Source: Rhodospirillaceae bacterium
GTDB lineage: Bacteria; Pseudomonadota; Gammaproteobacteria; Steroidobacterales; Rariloculaceae
Assembly (NCBI GenBank): GCA_002718345.1
Contig: PBDA01000016.1
Coordinates: forward strand, 4,072 to 68,071
Direction of reading: 5' to 3'
Length of the DNA: 64,000 bases
In this document: positions 1-8,622 of the stretch, piece after piece
Layout: each line of letters starts with the position of its first letter
Position numbering within the stretch: the stretch's first letter is position 1
Made by a program: the position numbers and the translations under genes
Notes under the pieces: model-generated
Database searches by the model: none
The model's input: only the letters and a program-made list of their open reading frames with translations
What the model was told of the DNA's origin: nothing

Positions 1-105
1 AAGCTTTTATTTATAGCTCTTAAGAGTACACTTAGATTAGTTTAAGACTCAATTAGGCTTTGATAATTAGAATCTTTGTAAAAATTTTAGCATTACTACT
101 ATTGT

Positions 106-1095
106 ATGGATAAAACTATGAATAAGAATCTCGTTAGTTTCACCCAGCTGATTTTATTTGTTGTGATCTCACAGGTCTTGCATGCTCAGGTGCCTGATGT
201 CGAAATGCCTAGACTCGAGCAGATTTCAGAAAGTGTGTTTCGCACAGTCCATCGGCCCGGTGCAGCAAACAGTAACGTAATTGTTACCGATGAAGGTCTT
301 ATTGTTTTTGACGGAACTTGTCGAGGAGCAGGAGATCCGACTTGGTTGAAGCAGGAGTTGGGTCGTCTCTACGACGTTCCCGTGAAATATGTCATTCTGA
401 GCCATGATCATGAGGACCACATCTGCGATCTTCATGTCTTCGATGATACTGCCGTGACAGTATCGCATGCCCTTACGAGACAGCATATTATTCGGGAAGG
501 TCGCAACACTTCTGTGCCAGATGTTGTCTTTGATGAGGAGATGGAAATTCACCTCGGTGGTAAAAAGGTTGTGTTGTACTACTTCGGTCCTACGCATACC
601 AATAACTTGATACAGGCTCATTTTCCAGAAGAAGGTGTTTTAATGGCGCCGGATATTGCGCGTGCGGAGAGATCGTTGGCATTGCCTGATTTTCGGGATG
701 CTGATATTGATAATCTTATAGAGACACTTGGTGTGCTTGGGAAGCTAGATAATGTTGAGATTGTCATTCCTGGGCACTGGGGCGTTACTAATCAGGAGAG
801 CTTTTTTCAGTACCGTGACTATGTTGTTGCTCTCAGAGATCGAGTGCTAGAAGAGATGATCGCAGGCGCTACAATTGAACAGATACTCGAGCGCGTTACG
901 ATGGACGATTTTTCTGACTATGGAAATTACGATATCTGGCTTCGACCTAACATTATCTCAATGTGGGACAAGATGTACCGGTATCGGGAACCGAATCGAG
1001 ATGGACCCGGAGGTGAAGACTCAGGTGGAGTATATCAGGACGCTTATCCGCTCGGATTTTCAGTCGGAGATAGCGGCGCAGGTGCGAACCAGTAG
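106..1095 (+). CDS. Exported MBL-fold metallo-hydrolase (cyclase-like)
   Basis: Signal peptide; HxHxDH motif SHDHEDH; downstream THT and PGHW motifs. Confidence 0.8.
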   Translation: MDKTMNKNLVSFTQLILFVVISQVLHAQVPDVEMPRLEQISESVFRTVHRPGAANSNVIVTDEGLIVFDGTCRGAGDPTWLKQELGRLYDVPVKYVILSHDHEDHICDLHVFDDTAVTVSHALTRQHIIREGRNTSVPDVVFDEEMEIHLGGKKVVLYYFGPTHTNNLIQAHFPEEGVLMAPDIARAERSLALPDFRDADIDNLIETLGVLGKLDNVEIVIPGHWGVTNQESFFQYRDYVVALRDRVLEEMIAGATIEQILERVTMDDFSDYGNYDIWLRPNIISMWDKMYRYREPNRDGPGGEDSGGVYQDAYPLGFSVGDSGAGANQ

Positions 1096-1106
1096 CAAGT
1101 TCTGTC

Positions 1107-2324
1107 CTAATAGCCTGAGCCACTGCCGGTTGTAAATGAATAAGAGTAGTCAGAATTCATCTGATTCCCGTTAATGTCTCTAACCCATTCTTTATGTATC
1201 GTAACTGTGATCGTATCGTTAGAATTTAATGTTTCTGCTGACCCTGCAAAGTTGCCAGTAAAGGATACCGATGAGTCGCCAGGGAATAAAAATATTCCAT
1301 AATTCTTTCCGCTAGACCCAGTAACTGTCATGGCCGACCCTGGAGTAGTACATGCTATACCAGAGGATGTGCTTCCATCTGCCGGGCAAATTACTTGTAT
1401 GTTTTCAGAAAAAATAATACTTCCGGACCGACTAGTAGTTGTTACCTGCTGATTTGTTGTTGGTGTATGTGATATTACAGTTGGTTTGATGTTGTCTAAG
1501 GTTGCACTAGCTACTCCTGATTTAGATGATTCTCCATTGGAGTTATAGGCTGAAACACGGTAATAAGCAGTTTGTCCTTCCGATAAACTGCTATCTATAT
1601 AAGGACTAGCGGTAACAGCCGTAACAAGTTGTGTTTCTGAGGTTTCATTGGATAATCGCCGATATATTTTGAAGCCTGTTTCATCTGTACTTTGGTCGGT
1701 CCAGCTAACATTTACTGTTGTTTGTGCATTTGTAGCTTTAGTACCTGTAGGTGCAGCAGGCACTGGTGTAGCAGAGTCACACACAATTAGATCTGGATAG
1801 TTTCCGCCATCGCTTAAAGAAGTCAGTATGAAGCGATCATCACTCATTATGTCGATCTTAAATTTAGAGACGCCCGTAGCAGAGATAACGCCTTTCATAA
1901 GCAACATATTTCTATACAGTATGTAAGTGCCAGTTGAGGAGACACTAGCGTGTGAAAATCTAATAAGCGGAGAAGGATTAGAGGTAGAAAAAGAATACGC
2001 CTGACTAAGGCTTGTTGGCTGTGATGAGGCTGTCATATTTAACTGAGCATTTGATAATGTATCAATAAAATTATTTGTTACCCAGCCATTTGTATTCATA
2101 TTATCAGTGCTGGAATGAACACTAGAGCAACTCCAGGTTCCAACCAGGTCTGCATCAACCGGAGATCGATTAAGTTTTTGCAGGGTACTAAAAATCTGAT
2201 TGAAGGTTGCTGCGGAAATAATATCGCCTTCCTGAAACTCTTCTCCCCATACATATTCTTCAGCTTGAGACACTAGGCTATATAGGCATAGATAAATGAG
2301 TAAAGACTTTGAGTATGTTCGCAT
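1107..2324 (-). CDS. Secreted protein with fibronectin type III and Ig-like domains
   Basis: Signal peptide; FN3 signature (PAAPT..VSWTDQS.DETGFKIYR..YYRVSAYN); C-terminal PTVISHTP...YSFTTG Ig-like domain. Confidence 0.75.
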   Translation of the reverse strand: MRTYSKSLLIYLCLYSLVSQAEEYVWGEEFQEGDIISAATFNQIFSTLQKLNRSPVDADLVGTWSCSSVHSSTDNMNTNGWVTNNFIDTLSNAQLNMTASSQPTSLSQAYSFSTSNPSPLIRFSHASVSSTGTYILYRNMLLMKGVISATGVSKFKIDIMSDDRFILTSLSDGGNYPDLIVCDSATPVPAAPTGTKATNAQTTVNVSWTDQSTDETGFKIYRRLSNETSETQLVTAVTASPYIDSSLSEGQTAYYRVSAYNSNGESSKSGVASATLDNIKPTVISHTPTTNQQVTTTSRSGSIIFSENIQVICPADGSTSSGIACTTPGSAMTVTGSSGKNYGIFLFPGDSSVSFTGNFAGSAETLNSNDTITVTIHKEWVRDINGNQMNSDYSYSFTTGSGSGY

Positions 2325-2332
2325 TATGATTC

Positions 2333-2581
2333 CTATTGAAATTTGCTCTCACCGAATATTGCAGTACCAAATTTCTGAAGCGCTTCTTCTTGGGCTTTAT
2401 TATTAGCATCTTGTATGGCTATAGCTTGTTCTAATGCAGCAGCATTTTCTGCTGCAACTTTAACTGCGTCACTGTTTGTTTGGCTTGTTGGTGCACTCGT
2501 TACGGTATTTTTTTCTGTAGTAGAACTACTATCACACCCAGCGAGCAGTAAAATGCCCATTATTAGTAATAATCTGAACAT
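2333..2581 (-). CDS. Small lipoprotein with C-terminal FG-repeat tail
   Basis: Lipobox LLAGC; Ser/Thr linker; helical segment; ends FGTAIFGESKFQ. Confidence 0.7.
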   Translation of the reverse strand: MFRLLLIMGILLLAGCDSSSTTEKNTVTSAPTSQTNSDAVKVAAENAAALEQAIAIQDANNKAQEEALQKFGTAIFGESKFQ

Positions 2582-2647
2582 AAATTTTCCAAATTTCTAA
2601 TTCAGGTTTGGTTTCTTTAGGTTTTTATTGTTAGTGTGAACTTGGCT

Positions 2648-3094
2648 TTATCTTTTTATTGCAATTCCTTGAACTTCAAATCTTGCATCAAACAATAAAG
2701 TTCCAGAGCCAATAAATGCGCGCGCTGGATATTCCTGAGTAAAGAACGTCCGATATACATCATTAAATGCTTGGTAATGAGATACGTCAGAACAAAATAC
2801 TTGAACGGATACAAGGTCATCCATTGTCATGCCAATTGCTTCAAGATTGAGCTTAATTGTATTTAAAGCGTTACGTGCTTCATCTGCAGGGTCCTCTGGT
2901 ATTTCTGAATTTTCATCAATACCAAGTGCTCCTGATAAATAGAGCGTATTCCCTACTAATACAGCACCACTGTATGGAGGAACATCTGTGTCAGCAGCGG
3001 TCCGTCCATTAATGTATGTCCGAGAGTCTTGTGCATGTATGTTGATTGAAATCAGCATTATTAATACAAGGACAGAAAATTTTGAGGTATTCAT
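2648..3094 (-). CDS. RidA/YjgF family protein with signal peptide
   Basis: PYSGAVLVGNTLYLSG, FNDVY..FF..YPARAF, ARFEVQGIA motifs. Confidence 0.85.
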   Translation of the reverse strand: MNTSKFSVLVLIMLISINIHAQDSRTYINGRTAADTDVPPYSGAVLVGNTLYLSGALGIDENSEIPEDPADEARNALNTIKLNLEAIGMTMDDLVSVQVFCSDVSHYQAFNDVYRTFFTQEYPARAFIGSGTLLFDARFEVQGIAIKR

Positions 3095-3255
3095 ATTAAG
3101 TTTCCCATTCGTACATTTGTTATAGGATGATTCGATAGGTTTAATCTTTCATTGTCTTGGGTGCATTTGTACAGACTATTGGTCACATATACAAAAATTT
3201 ATATATTAGGTTACTCTTGCCCCTAAATACTTTAAGTAAGTACTGATGTTTAAAC

Positions 3256-3570
3256 TTGGAAAAATTAACCATGAATCAACAAGGTTCAAAAAATACTGCG
3301 GTAGCTACGATTCAAATTGATAATTCTAGGGTCCGAGTGACTGAATATAGGTTTTCCCCTGGAGCAGAAACTGAATTTCACGTGCACGAATTCGACTATA
3401 TAGTCATCCCTCAGACAGATGGACTGCTGTTGCTAATAGGGCCGGAAGGCGTTGAAACTAAAGTAGAACTAACTAAAGGCATTGCTTATTTCAGAGAAGC
3501 AGGAGTACGTCACAATGTAATAAATGGTGGAAACGACGAGCTTATTTTTACTGAAGTAGAAATAAAATAG
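3256..3570 (+). CDS. Cupin domain protein (probable start ATG 3271)
   Basis: PGAETEFHVHEFDY and GVRHNVIN cupin motifs. Confidence 0.8.
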   Translation: MEKLTMNQQGSKNTAVATIQIDNSRVRVTEYRFSPGAETEFHVHEFDYIVIPQTDGLLLLIGPEGVETKVELTKGIAYFREAGVRHNVINGGNDELIFTEVEIK

Positions 3571-3966
3571 TTTAGGCTAATAAATTTTGAGCACTAGATT
3601 GACTGAAATACCTAAGTTTTTATTTTTATCAGGTGTTAAAAAAATAGGGGCTGTCTGACCCTAGTAGCTTATGAATAAACTTATATACATTGAGTGCTAT
3701 GCTATGTTTTTCTAGATTAAGATTATTTAGCATTCAGCCGGGATATTTGAAAAGAAAGAGGACTAAGCCATAAAAAATACAATAATATTTTTCTTGGGAT
3801 GCATGGTTATCTTTTATATATTCAGTGAAATTCCAAATTATCTTGATTCCCCAACACAATTGGTGGCAGGGGGGTTTCTTCTTGGTTGGGTTTGCTGTTG
3901 GTGGGTTAGTTACTTTAGTAACTTACAAAAGAAACTAAAAGATGAGTATTAGTTCTAATGCAAAAT

Positions 3967-4293
3967 TTAGTATTGTGCTTTATACAAGTTAACAATTGTG
4001 ACCCCGATCACAATTAGAAATAATCCGGTAATGGTTTGCCAATTCAGTGCTTGTTTATAAAAAATATAACTCAATATTGCTACTGAAAATACTCCTATAC
4101 CTGCCCAGGAAGCATACACAATAGACAGGGGTAGTTTTTGAGAAACAAGAGCAAGAAAATAAAAAGATAACCCATATGAGGCAAACAAAATAGAAGTCGG
4201 AAGTGGCTTTGTGAAATTTTGTGATGTAGGAAGTAACATTGTTCCCAACACCTCAAATGCAATTGCTGCGAAGAGTATTACATAGATATACAT
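3967..4293 (-). CDS. SMR/DMT family small multidrug transporter
   Basis: Four TM helices; conserved Glu in AIAFEV; LPLSIVYASWAGIG. Confidence 0.85.
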   Translation of the reverse strand: MYIYVILFAAIAFEVLGTMLLPTSQNFTKPLPTSILFASYGLSFYFLALVSQKLPLSIVYASWAGIGVFSVAILSYIFYKQALNWQTITGLFLIVIGVTIVNLYKAQY

Positions 4294-4478
4294 TGGGTCT
4301 TGAAATAGTTAGATAGTTTTGTCATCTGCTCTTCCAGGGGGCGCTTTTAGCTATATCCCAATTTTATTGCTGTCACCTCTAAAGTTAATCAAGTAAAAAG
4401 AATAGTGTGTATTAGCCTGATAGCCAAATTCTTTAATTCAACCTTTACTAAATAGCACTCTAATGTTTTTATACACAT

Positions 4479-5372
4479 ATGAATACGACTACAGAAAAGA
4501 TACTTGTACTTAATGCTACGGGCAAGGCTGGAGGCAATGTTTGCCGTGCATTGATTGAATCAGGGTTTGATGTATATGGCACAACCAGGGCAAATAAAAA
4601 ATCTCTGGTTGATAAGGGCATCAAACCGGTGTTGTGTAATTACACAGTAAGGTCCGATATTGAAAAAGCCCTTCAGCAGACTGGTGCTAAGAAAGTCTTT
4701 GCGATGACCGATTATTTTGGTGCGGCTAAATCAAATGCTGATGAAGAGATTCGCCAGGGACAAAATGCTATTAATGCTGCCAAGGCTGCCGGTGTGGATC
4801 ATTATATATTTATGAGTGTTGCAGATGCTGAATTTTTTAACGAGCATGTTAAACACTTAAAAGCAAAACCTATTTTAGAGCAATACCTGCATGATTCTGG
4901 TATTCCATATTCAATTCTTAGGCCCTGCGCATTTTTCGAGAATTTTGATGATCCCTCAAATTGGAATCCATTAAAAAAAGGTGTGGTTAAGTTTTTAACA
5001 GACAAAAATTGCAAATACTGCGCAACCTATGACATTGGTCGTGCTGCGTCTATTTGCTTTAAAAATCCTAGTGATTGGCTTGGTAATACTCTTGACGTAA
5101 TTGGTTGGCAAGGAAACTTGTCACAGGTGGCTGAAGCCTTGTCTAAGGTCAGTGGAATTCCTGTAAAAGCTAAATTGGTAATGCCAAAATTTTTACGTAG
5201 CTTATTTCTTAAAGATTTGCATCACATGTTTTTGTATTACGAGGTAGAAAAAGGACCGAGAGGAACTCCAGAGGATTTTAAAAAAATCTTACCAGATGCC
5301 TTATCAGCAGAAGATTGGTTTCGCTTTCATGGACAATATTCAAATGGAGAAAAGATTATTGTTGAGAGGTAG
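4479..5372 (+). CDS. NmrA-like NAD(P)-binding protein
   Basis: VLNATGKAG Rossmann start; AAKAAGVDH; SILRPCAFFEN; DIGRAA. Confidence 0.8.
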   Translation: MNTTTEKILVLNATGKAGGNVCRALIESGFDVYGTTRANKKSLVDKGIKPVLCNYTVRSDIEKALQQTGAKKVFAMTDYFGAAKSNADEEIRQGQNAINAAKAAGVDHYIFMSVADAEFFNEHVKHLKAKPILEQYLHDSGIPYSILRPCAFFENFDDPSNWNPLKKGVVKFLTDKNCKYCATYDIGRAASICFKNPSDWLGNTLDVIGWQGNLSQVAEALSKVSGIPVKAKLVMPKFLRSLFLKDLHHMFLYYEVEKGPRGTPEDFKKILPDALSAEDWFRFHGQYSNGEKIIVER

Positions 5373-5397
5373 TACATATTAAGAGGGAAGAGGATTG

Positions 5398-5636
5398 TCA
5401 TTCATTCACCCACTCTCTACAACCGCTATTGCCGTTAACGTCAACAGTTGCTGTTTGACCAGCTAATCAAATTGTTCTCCCACCCTGTGTTGAGACGGCG
5501 CGTGAAAAAGCTGGTAATTCTCCACGTTCATCGATGACATACTCCTTTTCTACAGGATCAGCAATGGCTATAACGGGAATAAATATCGCAATAAGAAGAC
5601 AAGCTAATTTTTGTAGTTTTTCTTTAAGATTTTCAT
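5398..5636 (-). pseudogene. Decayed exported RidA-family gene fragment
   Basis: Manual translation gives a signal-like segment, then AFSRAVSTQGGRTI*LAGQTATVD (TGA at 5467-5469 where Trp is expected); start is out of frame; 3' part missing. Confidence 0.65.
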
Positions 5637-5771
5637 AAGTCACTCTTGGTTTGATAGTTATGAGTTTAATTTGTTAGTGATATCCTATAAATAGTATTGA
5701 ATTAAGGTGTTTTAGTTTGAAGTTTTTCGAATATTAGTTGTTAGTCTGAGTAGTTATAGAACCAAAAAAAG

Positions 5772-5996
5772 ATGGAGAGTCTGATTTTTACTAAATTAAT
5801 GAGAATGCTAGGGATTGTTTTTTTCTTTTCTGGCGTTTTTGTTGTTATTTTTTTTCTTGCGTTATGGGTTACAGGAAATTTAGCTTATGGTCTTCTTCTT
5901 GTAGCCATTTTATGCTGGATATTCGCTTTTTTTATATTTACGGTTCTACAAACTCAAATCAAAAAAGACTGTGTAGAAATTAAAGAGAAGATGTAG
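5772..5996 (+). CDS. Small two-TM membrane protein
   Basis: 74 aa ORF with two hydrophobic helices. Confidence 0.5.
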   Translation: MESLIFTKLMRMLGIVFFFSGVFVVIFFLALWVTGNLAYGLLLVAILCWIFAFFIFTVLQTQIKKDCVEIKEKM

Positions 5997-6774
5997 ATTT
6001 TGTTTGAAGTTCCTTTATTGCATTATCAAATTGAGCAAGACGTTCGGGGCCAACTGGATGAGTATCAAAAAAAGAAGATCTTGTTCTCGCGTCTTCATTA
6101 TTTTTTGCCATATGCAATATTACTTCTCTAGCTTGAGTTAAATTAAAGTTGGCAGCTGAGAGTATGTGTATTGCAATAAGGTCTGCTTCTGATTCTTGTG
6201 CTACAGAATAGGTTTGGTTAGCAATGTAGCCACCTGCATTTGCCCCCGTATCAACATCACCAGCAATAACAGCACCTAAAACGGCACCTACCAATCGGCC
6301 TACTAAAATATTAGTGCTGCTTTCATTAATATGATTGAGTATATGATGGCTCAGTTCATGTGCCAGGACCAAAGCGACTTCATCAATATACAAAGTTTGT
6401 TCAATTATTCCTTTATAAATAACTATCTTGTCCGATCCGGTAGCATAGGCGTTAAATTCGTTATTCTCTTCAACCGTTACTTGCCAGTTTCTGCATGATG
6501 CACTACTTCTTTCCGACAGGTCATTGCACATGGATTGTGCTTTTGGTTTTAATTGTTCCATCACGCGCTCAATAATAGCTCTTGCTTCAGGCATAGATAC
6601 GCTTTTTGTTGGTCTGAGGCTCGCTGAGTTTATTTCATTAATAGCACTTGAGATGTTCTCGTTTGTAGGTGCAGGCAACCGATAAGATGGGGCGGTACAG
6701 GCAATTAAGAGCACAAATAATAGATAACAAAAAGTGTGTCTAAATTTCATTTTTGTTTGAAATAGGAATCTCAT
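5980..6774 (-). CDS. M48 family zinc metallopeptidase lipoprotein
   Basis: FNAYA, AHELSH (HExxH), YSVAQESEAD, THP motifs; lipobox LIAC. Confidence 0.88.
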   Translation of the reverse strand: MRFLFQTKMKFRHTFCYLLFVLLIACTAPSYRLPAPTNENISSAINEINSASLRPTKSVSMPEARAIIERVMEQLKPKAQSMCNDLSERSSASCRNWQVTVEENNEFNAYATGSDKIVIYKGIIEQTLYIDEVALVLAHELSHHILNHINESSTNILVGRLVGAVLGAVIAGDVDTGANAGGYIANQTYSVAQESEADLIAIHILSAANFNLTQAREVILHMAKNNEDARTRSSFFDTHPVGPERLAQFDNAIKELQTKSTSSL

Positions 6775-6816
6775 ATTATTTGTCAGATACGATTTAGCTT
6801 GAATAGCTAGTTAAAT

Positions 6817-7143
6817 TTACTGGGTAAGCAGTTCTGCAAATACCCAGTATTCAACGGCACTGACAACTAACCTATCTGGTTGTTGTTTGCATAGTCCCAG
6901 TACTGATGAGTACATCTCTTCATTAGAGAGTTCGGCCGCAATATCCCCTCTACCATATTCCCCGCTAATTCTTGTTAAAAACCCATGTATCCAACTGATA
7001 TAACTAAATCTATCCAGTTGATCTCCTGACAGATCATCTTCAATCATTTCTCCACACTGCCGGGTTCCATACCCAAATGCTGTTTGGCCTGAAGCGCTAA
7101 TTGAAAATATCAGCAGTAAGAATATAACGAGTGTTTTTATCAT
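6817..7143 (-). CDS. Small secreted helical two-Cys protein (HdeA/Rap1a-like pattern)
   Basis: Signal peptide; G..C, WIHGFL, C...P pattern. Confidence 0.5.
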   Translation of the reverse strand: MIKTLVIFLLLIFSISASGQTAFGYGTRQCGEMIEDDLSGDQLDRFSYISWIHGFLTRISGEYGRGDIAAELSNEEMYSSVLGLCKQQPDRLVVSAVEYWVFAELLTQ

Positions 7144-7173
7144 TATTATGTTTTTTCAAGAATTAACTAGATC

Positions 7174-7713
7174 TTAAGGGTTTGTTATGTGAATTAATAT
7201 TCCATTTTTGTAATGGCGTCTTTGTTGCAGAGCTCCTGTAACGGTAAATATATTTTCAAGGCCATCACGCTTACCCTCTATAAAATTTACTCTACTTAAT
7301 AGTGTGCCATTTAGATGAAATATTTCACTTAAACCATGGGCTTCTCCGCCTTGATAATCTTGTGTTGACTGGACCTGACCTCCTTCATAAAACCATTTGT
7401 GCTTACCTTCCCTTACACCATCAATGTAATGTCCTTTCGCGTACAAATAACCATTTTTATTAAATTTTTTTGAGAGTCCCTGTTTTTTTCCATTGATATA
7501 ATTTTCTTCTGATTTTAGTTGACCATTTTCGTGAAAAGACAGGAGGATGCCTGAAAGAAGTTTGGTAGATAACTGATGGTAAACGAGGCCATTCCTAGTT
7601 ATCGTTTCAATTTCAGATATAGCGTCTTGGGAGTAAATAATGTTACTCGCAAGCATCAATGAGAGAGTATGAATTAATTTAAGCATCAGCTTTATTCGAT
7701 GTGCTCTTATCAC
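7174..7713 (-). CDS. MORN-variant repeat protein (YwqK-like)
   Basis: Repeated F/Y-x-x-NG-x-L...Y..G...G units. Confidence 0.8.
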   Translation of the reverse strand: MIRAHRIKLMLKLIHTLSLMLASNIIYSQDAISEIETITRNGLVYHQLSTKLLSGILLSFHENGQLKSEENYINGKKQGLSKKFNKNGYLYAKGHYIDGVREGKHKWFYEGGQVQSTQDYQGGEAHGLSEIFHLNGTLLSRVNFIEGKRDGLENIFTVTGALQQRRHYKNGILIHITNP

Positions 7714-8139
7714 TTCTAATTCTCGATTAGTACGAATAATAATTAACTATGCTCTAGTTTTCCCTATTAATCGCCGAATATGCAAAATTATTTATATTTC
7801 CAGCTAATATTCTCTATAAATAAAGCACCCCAATATTCACATAAACTCATATCTCGAGTAAGTTTTGTGTGTTATTTAGTTTTTGAGTAAGTCTGAATTA
7901 AACTAAATCTAAAGTTAACTTTTGTTGTTAAAACCATATAAGACAATAATTTATAAAAATATCTTTATGTTAATTATAAGTTTTTAGGAGATATCTTTTC
8001 AGGTTGTTTAATTTGGTTATTTTTAATTTGAAGTGATTACCCCATCTTTAATAAACAATTTTTCCTTTGGAATGGTATTCTCGAAGATACTAGACTGAAC
8101 TAGAAAGAGTAAAAGCGGAACCTTTCAGGAGATTCATCA

Positions 8140-8610
8140 ATGGAGAAGAGCTTATTTTTAACCGGCCTTAGACCGTTCAAGTGGGGCATGGTATTCATGG
8201 GTATCATGTTGGCTGTTGGTTGCGGAGGTGGTAGTAGCGGTGGGGGAACTACTGCTTCATCAGATACAACGCCTACTGCATTTACATTTACGGACCAGAC
8301 TGGGGTTGCAAAAAGCACAGAAGTAACCTCCGCGGCAATAACAGTAGCTGGTATAGATGCTGCTGCTGCTATTTCTATTACAGGTGGAACATATCAAATA
8401 GGTAGTGGTTCTTTTACCAGTTCTGCTGGCACTGTAACCAATGGTCAAACTGTCAAAGTTAAGCATACAAGTTCTAGTAGTGGCGGCACAGCTGTTAATA
8501 CTGTGCTTACTATTGGCGGTGTTTCCGACACTTTTACTTCAACAACTGTCGCTGATCCTGTATCTGGTATAGCACTTCCAAGTGAAATAGATATTGTTGA
8601 AACAAGCTAA
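8140..8610 (+). CDS. Ser/Thr/Gly-rich surface lipoprotein with one beta-sandwich-like domain
   Basis: Lipobox AVGC followed by GGGSS; DTTPTAFTFTDQTGV...LTIGGVSDTFTSTT domain. Confidence 0.75.
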   Translation: MEKSLFLTGLRPFKWGMVFMGIMLAVGCGGGSSGGGTTASSDTTPTAFTFTDQTGVAKSTEVTSAAITVAGIDAAAAISITGGTYQIGSGSFTSSAGTVTNGQTVKVKHTSSSSGGTAVNTVLTIGGVSDTFTSTTVADPVSGIALPSEIDIVETS

Positions 8611-8622
8611 GGATTAAGTGAG

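Noticed and set aside
3767-3952. Hydrophobic open frame on + strand (IIFFLGCMVIFYIF...GWVCCWW)
   Set aside because: No convincing start or recognisable family; may be a remnant but cannot be supported
5467-5469. TGA at a Trp position as evidence of genetic code reassignment
   Set aside because: TGA terminates core genes here (yebC, ruvC, ruvB) and the fragment has other lesions
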